Shown here: in pieces, positions 48,713 to 58,250 of the stretch
Layout: each line of letters begins with the position of its first letter
How positions within the stretch are numbered: position 1 is the stretch's first letter
DNA from: Planctomycetota bacterium
GTDB taxonomy: Bacteria > Planctomycetota > B15-G4 > JADJEK01
Direction: 5' to 3'
NCBI GenBank assembly: GCA_052034255.1
Contig: JBPOIU010000031.1
Coordinates: 20,355-84,354, forward strand
Length of the DNA stretch: 64,000 bases
Translations under genes and position numbers: made by a program
Notes under the pieces: generated by a model
Told to the model about the DNA's origin: nothing
The model's input: the letters and a program-made list of their open reading frames with translations, nothing else
The model's database searches: none

Positions 48713-49257
48713 CGAGCGCCGCGTGCGAAGTGACGGTCGAGCAACATCAAACCACCCCAGGACTGCGCATCGCACAGCTCTTGCTCGAGCAGCCGCGCAC
48801 GGGCCGCGTCGAACGCCATGCGATGCAGCGTGATGTCTTCTTCGGGTTCGAGGCGCTGGGGGACCTCGGTCAGGCCCTCGGCCAGGAAGTAGTGGGTGTG
48901 CTCGGTGGAGACACCTTTGTACGGCGCGAACGCACCGAGGTACGTCCAGCGCGACGCGAGCAATCCCGCTTCTTCTTCGAGTTCATGCTCCGCGGCATGA
49001 CGCGGGTCCTCGCCGCGCTTCATGCCGCCGATCGGGAACTCCCACAGATGGCGACCGAGCAGGTAGCGCCATTGGCGGCACAACAACGTCGTGCCGTCGT
49101 CGAAGCGCGGGATGATCCCCACCGCGCCGGGCATGTCGACGTAGAAGTACTCGCCTTCGCTGCCGTCGGCCCGCACGTAGCGGTCGACGCAGTAGCGATG
49201 CCACGGGTTGTCGATCAAGACCTTGGTCGCGATTCGCGTGAACGGGGCGTCACTCAT
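48709..49257 (-). CDS. NUDIX hydrolase (ADP-ribose pyrophosphatase-like)
   Basis: RQWRY...WEFPIGG, GEDPRHAAEHELEEEAG, EPEEDI. Confidence 0.9.
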   Translation of the reverse strand: MSDAPFTRIATKVLIDNPWHRYCVDRYVRADGSEGEYFYVDMPGAVGIIPRFDDGTTLLCRQWRYLLGRHLWEFPIGGMKRGEDPRHAAEHELEEEAGLLASRWTYLGAFAPYKGVSTEHTHYFLAEGLTEVPQRLEPEEDITLHRMAFDAARARLLEQELCDAQSWGGLMLLDRHFARGAR

Positions 49258-49417
49258 GCGCGAAGTGTAGGAACGCGCGGGGACGAATCGACCGTCGGCC
49301 CCGCACGGGGCCGCGATCCGCTCCCGAGCCGTCGCGGCGAACGGAGTCGGGCCGGGGCACGTGTCCGACTTCTGCAACGGGCTGCTAAGCTCGCGGCCCT
49401 TCGTCGCCGGAGGCCGC

Positions 49418-50641
49418 ATGCAGCAGCACGTCGCGTTCGTGGTCCCGTTCCGATTCGAGACGTCCCTGCGATTCCTGCGGGCGACGTTGGACGTCCCCGG
49501 TTGCGTGGTCAGCTTGCTGACGCAGGAACCGAAGGAGGCGTTCGACCCCGAACTGCTGCGCCGTTTGGCCGGCTTCCAGCAAGTGAAGGACGCGCTGTCC
49601 GCGGGGCATCTCGTGGATGGCGTGCGACAGCTCGCGCAGCGGCTCGGACCCGTCGATCGGTTGATCGGCGTGCTCGAGCAACTGCAAGTCCCGCTTGCCG
49701 AGGCGCGCGCCGCGTTGCGACTGCCGGGCCTGTCGATCGATGCGGCCGTGAACTTCCGCGAGAAGTCCCGCATGAAAGACGTGCTGCGCGCAGCGGGCTT
49801 GCCGTGTGCGCGGCACACGAAGGCCACGAGCCTGGCCGAGGTGAAGAGTTTCGTCGGCGCGGTCGGGTATCCGCTGGTCATGAAGCCGATCGACGGCGCG
49901 GGAGCGCGCAACACGTTCCGCATCGAGAACGACACGCAACTGGCCGAAGCGCTCGGCTCGTTCCCACCGAACGCCAGCGCGCCGATGATGCTCGAAGAGT
50001 TCATCGTCGGCGACGAGCACAGCTACGACGCGGTCGCCGTGCGCGGCGAGGTCGTGTGGCATTCGATCAGTCGCTACTCGCCGTCGCCACTGACGGTGAA
50101 GGAGAACGACTGGATCCAGTGGACGGTGCTGTTGCCGCGCGAGATCTCCGGGCCGGAGTTCGCCGGCATCCGGGCGGTGGGGCCGCGGTCGCTGAAGGCA
50201 CTCGGCGTCGGCACCCAGCTCTGTCACATGGAGTGGTTCCGGCGCAAGGACGGGTCGGTCGCCGTGTCGGAAGTCGGCGCGCGTCCGCCCGGAGCGCAAT
50301 TCACCACCCTGATGAGTTGGTGCCACGATGTCGACATGTACAAGGCGTGGGCGCGCTTGATGGTCCACGACGCATTCGATCCACCGCAGCGCAAGTTCGC
50401 CGCGGGCGCCGCGTACCTACGCGGCCAAGGCCACGGCAAAGTGGTGCGGATCCACGGACTCGACGTCGCGCAGAAAGAGCTCGGGCACCTGGTCGTCGAG
50501 GTCCGCCTGCCGAAGGCTGGCCAAGAGCACGCGACGACCTACGAGGGCGACGGGTACGTGATCCTGCGCCATCCCGAGACGAGCGTCGTCGAAGAGGGCT
50601 TGAAGCGCCTGGTCTCGATCGTGAGGGTCGAACTCCAATGA
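49418..50641 (+). CDS. ATP-grasp domain protein (first of a tandem pair)
   Basis: FREKSRMK, VMKPIDGAGA, EEFIVGDE, HMEWF, SEVGARPPG; preceded by tgcTAAGCT at 49383. Confidence 0.88.
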   Translation: MQQHVAFVVPFRFETSLRFLRATLDVPGCVVSLLTQEPKEAFDPELLRRLAGFQQVKDALSAGHLVDGVRQLAQRLGPVDRLIGVLEQLQVPLAEARAALRLPGLSIDAAVNFREKSRMKDVLRAAGLPCARHTKATSLAEVKSFVGAVGYPLVMKPIDGAGARNTFRIENDTQLAEALGSFPPNASAPMMLEEFIVGDEHSYDAVAVRGEVVWHSISRYSPSPLTVKENDWIQWTVLLPREISGPEFAGIRAVGPRSLKALGVGTQLCHMEWFRRKDGSVAVSEVGARPPGAQFTTLMSWCHDVDMYKAWARLMVHDAFDPPQRKFAAGAAYLRGQGHGKVVRIHGLDVAQKELGHLVVEVRLPKAGQEHATTYEGDGYVILRHPETSVVEEGLKRLVSIVRVELQ

Positions 50642-51861
50642 ACGTGTTGATGCTGTCCCCCGGCTTCCCGGTCGAGATGAGCTATTTCACGCAAGCGCTG
50701 GCGAAGATCGGCGCGCGCGTGATCGGCGTCGGTGAACAGCCGGTGGCCGCGTTCTCGGAGGACACGCGCAAAGCGTTGTCCGCGTACGTCCAGGTCAAGT
50801 CGCTGGTCGACGAGAAGGGCGTGATCGACGAGATCCGGCGCGAAGTGCTCGGACGGGGTCTGACGCTCGATCGCATCGAATGCCTCTGGGAGCCATTCAT
50901 CATCCTCGCGGCGCAACTGCGCGAAGCGTTCGGCGTGCCCGGCATGGACGTCGCCACCGCGCTGCCGTTCCGCGACAAGGAAGCGATGAAGCAGAAGCTC
51001 GACGCGGCCGGCATCCGCACGCCGCGCCACGCGAAGTGTTCGAACGAAAAAGAGTCGCGCGCCGCCGCCGAACGCATCGGCTATCCCCTGATCATCAAGC
51101 CGATCGCGGGCGCGGGCTCCGCCGACACGCATCGTTGCGACGATCCGAAGCAGTTCGAGGCCGCGCTCGCAGCGACGCGTCACGTCCCGGTGGTGTCCGT
51201 CGAGGAGTTCATCGACGGTGAGGAGTTCACGTTCGACACGATCACGGTCGACAACGTGCCGCGGTTCTACAACGTGTGTTGGTACCGCCCGCGGCCGCTG
51301 ATCCAGCGCCAGCACGAGTGGATCTCGCCGCAGACGATCGCTCTGCGCGATCCCGACGCGCCGCGGCTGCGGTCCGGCGTGAAGATGGGCTTCGACGTCA
51401 TCCGCGCGCTCGAATACCCGTACGGCTTCACGCACATGGAGTGGTTCCTGAAGCAGGACGGCGAAGCGGTGTTCGGCGAGATCGGTGGTCGCGTGCCCGG
51501 CGCGCGCACGTCCGACCTGATGAACTTCGCCACCGATTCCGACGTCTACATCGGCTGGGCGCAGGCGGTGTGTTTCGGTCGCGTCGACCAGCCGTTCCCG
51601 CGCAAGTTCAACGCGGCGTCGATCTTCAAGCGAGCGCAGGGCCAAGGCCATATCCAACGCATCACCGGTGTCGAGGGCTTCCTCGCGCGCTACGGCCAGT
51701 ACGTCGCGGTGATGGAGCTGTTGCCGGTCGGCGCGCCGCGGCGCAACTGGAAGCAGACGCTGATCTCCGATGGCATCGTGATCGTGCGGCACCAGGATCT
51801 CGGCTCGTGCTGCGAGATCGCCGATCACGTTGGGACCGACATCCAGCTCTACGCGGGTTGA
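50638..51861 (+). CDS. ATP-grasp domain protein (second of a tandem pair)
   Basis: ATGA overlap; MNVLMLSPGFP, FRDKEAMK, IIKPIAGAGS, EEFIDGEE, HMEWF, GEIGGRVPG. Confidence 0.88.
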   Translation: MNVLMLSPGFPVEMSYFTQALAKIGARVIGVGEQPVAAFSEDTRKALSAYVQVKSLVDEKGVIDEIRREVLGRGLTLDRIECLWEPFIILAAQLREAFGVPGMDVATALPFRDKEAMKQKLDAAGIRTPRHAKCSNEKESRAAAERIGYPLIIKPIAGAGSADTHRCDDPKQFEAALAATRHVPVVSVEEFIDGEEFTFDTITVDNVPRFYNVCWYRPRPLIQRQHEWISPQTIALRDPDAPRLRSGVKMGFDVIRALEYPYGFTHMEWFLKQDGEAVFGEIGGRVPGARTSDLMNFATDSDVYIGWAQAVCFGRVDQPFPRKFNAASIFKRAQGQGHIQRITGVEGFLARYGQYVAVMELLPVGAPRRNWKQTLISDGIVIVRHQDLGSCCEIADHVGTDIQLYAG

Positions 51862-51869
51862 GGGCGTCG

Positions 51870-52925
51870 ATGGACGCGACGACGCGACGGACGGCGCGCA
51901 CTCTGCGACGGCATGGGACCTTCGACGACGTCACGCAGCCACAGCTGCCTTCGATCCCCGGGCAGATCTCGAAGTCCGAGTGCCGGTTCCTCTATTGGTT
52001 GGTCGCGAGCACGTACACCGGACGCGGCGCCGTCGTCGAACTCGGGAGTTGGCTCGGGCTGTCGTCGGCTCACCTCGCCGCGGGCCTCCGCGACTCCGGG
52101 ATCGCGGGGGAGTTGCACTGCTTCGACCGCTTCACGTGGGATCAGAAGAAATCGGTCGACGTGGGGCGCGTGCTGCGGCTCGGCGACGACACCACCGACG
52201 TCTTCCTCGCGCACGTGAAGCCGGTCTTCGAGGCCGTCGTCGCGCACCGGACCGAAATCGAATCGATGCGCTGGGACGGCGGTCCCGTCGAGATCCTGTT
52301 CCTCGACGCGCCGAAGGGTCGGAAGCCGTTCGTGCATGTGCTGTCGCTGTTCCAGCCGCACCTCGATCCGGCGTTCTCGTACGTCGCGTCGCAGGACTTC
52401 GGTCTGCCGACGGCATTTGCGCAAGCGCTGTGCGTCGGCCGGCTGTCGGACGTCTTCGAGCTGCGCCACACCGCTGGCTACACCGCCGGCTTCACGCTCG
52501 CGCGTCCGTTGCCGCCGGAGCCCGAGCTGCGCGCGCGGCTCGATCCGAAGCAATGGTCCGCCGAGGACGACCTCCGCACGTGGGACGCGATGCTCGAGCG
52601 CATCGACGACCCCGAGTTCCGCACGCGGCTCGAACCCGGCATTTGCATGCACTTGATCCGTCGTGGCGAGCCGCGCCTGGCGCTGTCCCGGCTCCGGGCA
52701 TGCCGCTTCGATGACGCCGCGCTCGCGTTGTGGCGCAAGTTCGCCGCGGAGTCCGACAAGGCCGAGAAGTACCAGCCGCTGTTTTCCGAACTGGGCATCG
52801 CGCCGGCCGCGCGGACGGGCTGGTTCCGCCGGCTGTTCCCCGCGGCCCTCCTCGCCGAATTCGCTGCCAGTGAAGTTTTCGAGTCCACCCTGGCCTTCGG
52901 AGCGCAAGTTCTTCGCGAAGCGTGA
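51870..52925 (+). CDS. Class I SAM-dependent methyltransferase (Methyltransf_24-like)
   Basis: VVELGSWLGLS, LHCFDRF, VEILFLDAPK; starts 8 nt after the ATP-grasp stop. Confidence 0.75.
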   Translation: MDATTRRTARTLRRHGTFDDVTQPQLPSIPGQISKSECRFLYWLVASTYTGRGAVVELGSWLGLSSAHLAAGLRDSGIAGELHCFDRFTWDQKKSVDVGRVLRLGDDTTDVFLAHVKPVFEAVVAHRTEIESMRWDGGPVEILFLDAPKGRKPFVHVLSLFQPHLDPAFSYVASQDFGLPTAFAQALCVGRLSDVFELRHTAGYTAGFTLARPLPPEPELRARLDPKQWSAEDDLRTWDAMLERIDDPEFRTRLEPGICMHLIRRGEPRLALSRLRACRFDDAALALWRKFAAESDKAEKYQPLFSELGIAPAARTGWFRRLFPAALLAEFAASEVFESTLAFGAQVLREA

Positions 52926-53015
52926 GTCGGGTTCGAAGTGCGAACTCGCCTCTGGATTCCGTGTGACGGCGCGAGCCGCTCCTGGATTCTGAACGTGGAC
53001 ACGCGGAGGTTTGCG

Positions 53016-53396
53016 ATGCGAAACATCCTGATCAGCTTGCTGACGTGCGCTGCCCTCACCGGCGGTTCCGGCCTGCTGTCGGATTCTGCCGGCGCATCGC
53101 AAGCTTCTCGCCAATCGGTACTTGAGTCGATTCGGCTGGGTCAGATCAGCATCGACGTCGGTGCGGCTGACCGCGCTCTCGCCGCGTTCCAGACCGCGGT
53201 CACGGTCGACCCGTCCCAGCCGCTGGCGTGGTTCGGCCTGGCTCAGGCGCACCGTCAGGCGGGCGACGAACCGTCCGCCCTGGCCGCGATCCGCGAGGCG
53301 AAGCGCCGCATCGCCGGTGCGACCAGTGAACAGCGCAGCGGGATTCTGGCGTTCGAACGCCAGGGTGGCCGCGAAGCGATCGTCGCGATGCGCTGA
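53016..53396 (+). CDS. Small secreted TPR protein
   Basis: GGAGG RBS, signal peptide, TPR DPSQPLAWFGLAQAH. Confidence 0.7.
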   Translation: MRNILISLLTCAALTGGSGLLSDSAGASQASRQSVLESIRLGQISIDVGAADRALAAFQTAVTVDPSQPLAWFGLAQAHRQAGDEPSALAAIREAKRRIAGATSEQRSGILAFERQGGREAIVAMR

Positions 53397-53453
53397 AGCA
53401 AGCAGGATCCGCGCGCCGGCGACATCCACCGGTCGCGCCCGCGGACCCCACGG

Positions 53454-55961
53454 TCACGCGCCGCCCGCATCCCACTGATCCGCGACCTTCTTCACTTCGC
53501 CGATGAACTCGGCGATCAAGCCGTCGGTGTTGGCGAAGCCTTCGAAGCGGCCGAGGATCTCCTCGGTGTTCGGATCGAGCAACAAGTAGTAGGGCTGCGC
53601 AGTGATCCCCGTCATGCGCTCTTGGAAATCCGCGTTGAACTTCGCGTCGGGTCGGTCGCCGTCGACGTAGAGCTGCGCCCGCACGTAGCGCGCGAGTTGC
53701 TCCTTCACTTGCGGCAACGGGAACACGTTGTTCTCCATTGCGCGGCAGTTGGCACAGGTGATGCCGGTGAAGTCGAGGAACAGCGGCCGGTGCTCCGCGA
53801 TGGCGGCCGCCTTCGCTTCGGCGTACGTCGGGTGGAACGACAGGTGTTCGGACTCGCCGTGGGAAGCTCCGCCCGAGCCGAGGTGCGCGATGCCGTAGCC
53901 CCGCGGCGGTAGCCAGCCGTCCAGGATCGACGGGAACTTCGTGCCGAAGAACCCGGACGCGAGATACAGCGAGAACGACAGGAACGTCACGCCGAACAAC
54001 AGGCGGTAGGGTCCGACACCGGCGTTCGGATCGTCGTACGCCGTCTTGATGATGCCGAGCAAATACAGCGCTGCGACGCCGAAGATCGCGACCCACGCGG
54101 TCAGCATCGTCGGCCAGGTGATGATGCCCCAGTTCCACAACAGGTCGACGTTCGACAGGAACTTGAACGCGAACGCGAGTTCGAGGAAGCCCATCGTGAC
54201 CTTGACCGCGTTCATCCAACCGCCGGCCTGCGGCAGCGCGCGCAGCGTGCTCGGGAACAGCGCGATCAGGAAGAACGGCAGCGCGAACGTCGACGAGAAC
54301 GCGACCATGCCGAGGATCGGCCGCAAATAGCTGCCGTCCGCCGCTTCGACGAGCAGTCCGCCGACGATCGGCACCGTGCAGGTGAACGACGTCAGGGTGA
54401 ACACGAACCCCATCAGCAGCACGGACACCACGCCGGTCTGGCGGTGTTGCATCTCGGCCGCGCCGGAGACGAGGAAGCTCGGCAAGCGCAACTCGAACGC
54501 TCCGAGCAGCGACGCGGCGAACACGACGAACAGCGTGCCGAGCGTCAGGTTCACCCAGCCGTTCGACGCGATCGCGTTCGCACCCTGAGCGCCCGAGAAC
54601 ACCGCGGTCAACACGCCGAACAGCGTGAACGTGACCACGATGCCGAGCGCGTAGACGACGGCGAGGAACACGGAGCGCGCGCGACTCCCGCCGGCGTCCT
54701 TGCTGAACACCGAAACGGTGATCGGGATCATCGGGAACACGCAGGGCGTGCCGAGGGACAGCAGCGCGGACAGAATTGCCGCGACGAGGAACGCGCCGAG
54801 CGACGTCTTGGCCTTCACGCCGACCGCCGCCTTGCGAGTCGCCTCCGGCGCGGCGTCGCCGCCACTCGCCGCCGCCGTGTTTCCTGCGGTCGGCGCGGTC
54901 GGGGGCGCGCCGGCGCGGGCCGGGTCCGCGCTGCCGGCGAGGATCGTGAGCGGCGCCCCGAACGTCAGCGCGTGATCCTCACAGGTTCGGTCGTCGCACG
55001 CTTGACCCGACATCGTCCCGATCACCAGCAACGGGCCGGGCGTTGCCGTCGGTGGCACGCGAAACACTTGGCGATACAGGACGGTTCCGGTGTGGAACAG
55101 CACCTGTTCCCCCCAACCCGGATCGAGCGTCCACTTGCCGGGATCGAAGGTCAGCGTTCCCTCCGGCTGCGGGACGTTGTTCGCGGCCCAGGTCAGCGTC
55201 GTCGGGATCCCCATGCCCTTCGGCGAGTCCGGCGCATACGTGTGCTGTCCCTTCGCCATGGACAGCTTCATCACGAGCGTCACCCATTCGCCGGCGCGAG
55301 CCTCCGCGGGTTCGAATGCGACGTCGAGTGACACCCTTGCCGTCGCCACCGAAGACGAAGGAGCGGACGGCGAGTCCGTGTCCTCCTCGTCGTCCTCCGA
55401 GGGGTCGGTCGCATCCTCCGTGTCGTCGACTTCCGTGTCGGTCGCGGGGACGTCATGCGCGCTCTCGGAGGCCGCGTCGGCGCCGTCGATCGCCACCGTC
55501 GTCAGCAACGTGTGCGTCTCGCGCGTGCAGGTGCGGTCATTGCAGATCTGCAGCGTGAACGTGCCGAGGATCGGCAACTCACCGGGCTTGGCGTTCGCGT
55601 CGATCTCGAACTCCTGCTCGAGCCAACCGTCGCTCTTCTCGTACGTGCGCACGTTCATCTTGAACGCGGGGTCGAACTTCTCGTGCGAGGGTGCGAAGCG
55701 CAGGTCGCCGACGGGCTTCGCGACCGGACTCGCGGTCCAGACGACCTTCGCGGCCTCGCCGCCGCCTTTCTGCGAATCCGGCGCGTAGATCCAATGCGCC
55801 GCGGGAACCGTGGTCTCGATGCGCACCGTCACGCGCGCGCCGGCGCTGGCCGCGGCCGGCGTCACGCTCGCGGTGACCCCGACCTTGTTCTTCGGCGCGG
55901 CGGACACCGCTGCCATGAACACCGCGGACGACAGCAGCACCAACGCGAACGTGCGACGCAT
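53454..55961 (-). CDS. dsbD: Protein-disulfide reductase DsbD with two N-terminal DsbD-alpha domains
   Basis: QICNDRTC and QACDDRTC, TM GTPCVFPMIP and FTCTVP, thioredoxin CANC; preceded by tgcTATCCT. Confidence 0.9.
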   Translation of the reverse strand: MRRTFALVLLSSAVFMAAVSAAPKNKVGVTASVTPAAASAGARVTVRIETTVPAAHWIYAPDSQKGGGEAAKVVWTASPVAKPVGDLRFAPSHEKFDPAFKMNVRTYEKSDGWLEQEFEIDANAKPGELPILGTFTLQICNDRTCTRETHTLLTTVAIDGADAASESAHDVPATDTEVDDTEDATDPSEDDEEDTDSPSAPSSSVATARVSLDVAFEPAEARAGEWVTLVMKLSMAKGQHTYAPDSPKGMGIPTTLTWAANNVPQPEGTLTFDPGKWTLDPGWGEQVLFHTGTVLYRQVFRVPPTATPGPLLVIGTMSGQACDDRTCEDHALTFGAPLTILAGSADPARAGAPPTAPTAGNTAAASGGDAAPEATRKAAVGVKAKTSLGAFLVAAILSALLSLGTPCVFPMIPITVSVFSKDAGGSRARSVFLAVVYALGIVVTFTLFGVLTAVFSGAQGANAIASNGWVNLTLGTLFVVFAASLLGAFELRLPSFLVSGAAEMQHRQTGVVSVLLMGFVFTLTSFTCTVPIVGGLLVEAADGSYLRPILGMVAFSSTFALPFFLIALFPSTLRALPQAGGWMNAVKVTMGFLELAFAFKFLSNVDLLWNWGIITWPTMLTAWVAIFGVAALYLLGIIKTAYDDPNAGVGPYRLLFGVTFLSFSLYLASGFFGTKFPSILDGWLPPRGYGIAHLGSGGASHGESEHLSFHPTYAEAKAAAIAEHRPLFLDFTGITCANCRAMENNVFPLPQVKEQLARYVRAQLYVDGDRPDAKFNADFQERMTGITAQPYYLLLDPNTEEILGRFEGFANTDGLIAEFIGEVKKVADQWDAGGA

Positions 55962-56192
55962 GCGGGACCTCGATGGACTCGTGGCGAACGAAGGGGCCAG
56001 AGGATAGCAGCCGATCCGCGGGGACCGGCTCACTCGCGCGCACGGCGCGCAGTGCGTGCCGCGGCGAACGATTCCGCCCTTGGATACGCGAACCGCGGCA
56101 ATCGGTTCGGCACCATCGCGACTTCATGCGCTCGGGACGAGGCAGGCGCATGACGGAAACGCGTGCGTCGATCGAGTAGCCTGCGCGGCCCC

Positions 56193-58088
56193 ATGACCCT
56201 GATCGCGCTCAAAGACGTCGAGTTCGGCTACGGCGGACCACCGCTGCTGCGCCAGGTGAGCGTCGGGATCGAACCCGGCGAGCGCGTGGGCCTGCTCGGC
56301 AGGAACGGCGCCGGCAAGTCGACGCTGTTGTCGCTGGTGCTCGGCCGGCTCGCTCCGACGTCGGGGATCCTCGCGAAGCGCCAGGGGCTGACGATCGCGG
56401 AGCTGTCGCAACGCTTGCCGACGGACGTCGTGGGCCCGGCGCGCGACGTGGTCGCGCTCGGCCTGCCGGCGTTCGGCGAGAAGCTCGCGCGCTACCACCA
56501 TCTGACGCACGCGTTGCCTGCGGAGCCGACGGCGCGCCAGCTCGAGGAGATCGACCGGCTGCATCACGAAATCGAAGAGGCCGGCGGTTTCGCGCGCGAA
56601 TCGGAGATCGAGCGCGTCCTCGATCTCGTGCGCGTGGAGCCCGACGCCGAATGGTCGACGTTGTCCGTCGGTCGAAGGCGACGCGTACTGCTGGCGCGCG
56701 CGTTGGTCGCCGCGCCGGATCTGTTGGTGCTCGACGAGCCCACGAACCACCTCGACGTCGAGGCGATCGAAGCGCTCGAAGACGTGCTGCTGCGCGTGAA
56801 GTCGAGCCTGCTGTTCGTCACGCACGATCGCGCGTTCCTGCGGCGACTCGCGACACGCGTGTGGTTCCTCGATCGCGGCGACGTGAAGAGCTACGCCTGC
56901 GGTTACGACGCGTTCGTCACGCGACGCGACGCCGATCTCGAAGCGGAAGCGTTGAACGACGCCGAAGCCGATCGGCTGCTCGAGAAGGAAGAGGCCTGGG
57001 CCAAGCAAGGCGTGAAAGCGCGGCGCACGCGAGCCGCCGCACGCGTGCGCGCGCTCGAAGGGCTGCGCGAACAGCGCCGGCAGCGGCGCTCGATCCAAGG
57101 CAGTGCGAAGATCGACGTGGCCCACGCCGAGCGTTCCGGCGACCTCGTCGTCGAATGCAAGGACGTCGGGTTCCGCTTCGGCGACGCTCCACCGCTGTTC
57201 CGCGGCTTCGACGCGTTGATCCAGCGCAACGACAAGATCGGCGTGATCGGCAAGAACGGGGTCGGCAAGACCACGCTGCTGCGGTTGCTGCTCGGCGAAC
57301 TCCAACCGACGACCGGAACCGTGCGTCATGGCGTGCGGCTCGAAGTCGCGTACTTCGACCAACTGCATCGCGAACTCGACGAAACCAAGACGGTCGCGCA
57401 GAACGTCACGCCGCTCGAACACGTGGACATCGGCGGTCGTCGGCGCCACATCGTGGGCTTCCTCGGCGACTTCCTGTTCCGGCCGGAGCAGGTTCGAGGC
57501 TCGGTGCGCGATCTCTCGGGCGGAGAGCGCAATCGCCTGCTGCTCGCGCGGCTGTTCACGCGGCCGTCGAACGTGCTCGTGCTCGACGAGCCGACGAACG
57601 ACCTCGATGCCGAGACGGTCGAAGTCCTCGAGGACCTGCTGATCGACTACCCCGGCACGATCCTGCTCGTCAGTCACGACCGCGAGTTCCTGAACCGCGT
57701 GGTCACGAGCACGCTCGTGCTCGAAGGCGACGGCACCATCGGTGATTTCGTCGGCGGCTACGACGATTGGCTGGTGCAGCGCAAAGCGCCGCCGATACCG
57801 CAGGCGTCGCGTCCGGATCCGGCGCCACCGTGCGCGTCCGAACGTGCGCCGACGCAAAAGCCGCGCAAGCGCAGTTTCGCCGAGTCGAAGGAACTCGCGC
57901 AGTTGCCCGCGCGCATCGAAGGCTGGGAAGCCGAGCGCGAAGTCATCCACGCCGAGATGGCGAAACCCGGCTATTTCGCGCGCGACAAGAACGAGATCGC
58001 CGCGAACGGCACGCGTTTGGCGGAGCTCGGTCAGCGAATCGACGCGGCCTACGCACGCTGGCAGGAACTCGAAGCGTTGCCCGGCTGA
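56193..58088 (+). CDS. uup: ABC-F ATPase (Uup-like)
   Basis: GRNGAGKS, LDEPTNHLD, GVKARRTR, GKNGVGKTT, LSGGERNR, LDEPTNDLD, C-terminal coiled coil. Confidence 0.92.
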   Translation: MTLIALKDVEFGYGGPPLLRQVSVGIEPGERVGLLGRNGAGKSTLLSLVLGRLAPTSGILAKRQGLTIAELSQRLPTDVVGPARDVVALGLPAFGEKLARYHHLTHALPAEPTARQLEEIDRLHHEIEEAGGFARESEIERVLDLVRVEPDAEWSTLSVGRRRRVLLARALVAAPDLLVLDEPTNHLDVEAIEALEDVLLRVKSSLLFVTHDRAFLRRLATRVWFLDRGDVKSYACGYDAFVTRRDADLEAEALNDAEADRLLEKEEAWAKQGVKARRTRAAARVRALEGLREQRRQRRSIQGSAKIDVAHAERSGDLVVECKDVGFRFGDAPPLFRGFDALIQRNDKIGVIGKNGVGKTTLLRLLLGELQPTTGTVRHGVRLEVAYFDQLHRELDETKTVAQNVTPLEHVDIGGRRRHIVGFLGDFLFRPEQVRGSVRDLSGGERNRLLLARLFTRPSNVLVLDEPTNDLDAETVEVLEDLLIDYPGTILLVSHDREFLNRVVTSTLVLEGDGTIGDFVGGYDDWLVQRKAPPIPQASRPDPAPPCASERAPTQKPRKRSFAESKELAQLPARIEGWEAEREVIHAEMAKPGYFARDKNEIAANGTRLAELGQRIDAAYARWQELEALPG

Positions 58089-58250
58089 AACCACGTGGCG
58101 ATCGAGGCACCCTTTCGGGGTTGCACCGGTCCGCGGCGATCGCCACCATCGTGTGCCTCGTGTTTGCCGGTGGTCCCGCATCGACGAGCATCGCGACGCG
58201 ACTTCGAGCGCGCTCGCGCCGCCAAGCGGTGCCGCAGGGTGGAGGAGTCC

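Noticed and set aside
48505-50637. N-terminal extension of ORF 48505-51861
   Set aside because: Off-frame overlap with the NUDIX and first ATP-grasp genes; the real start is the ATGA-coupled ATG at 50638.
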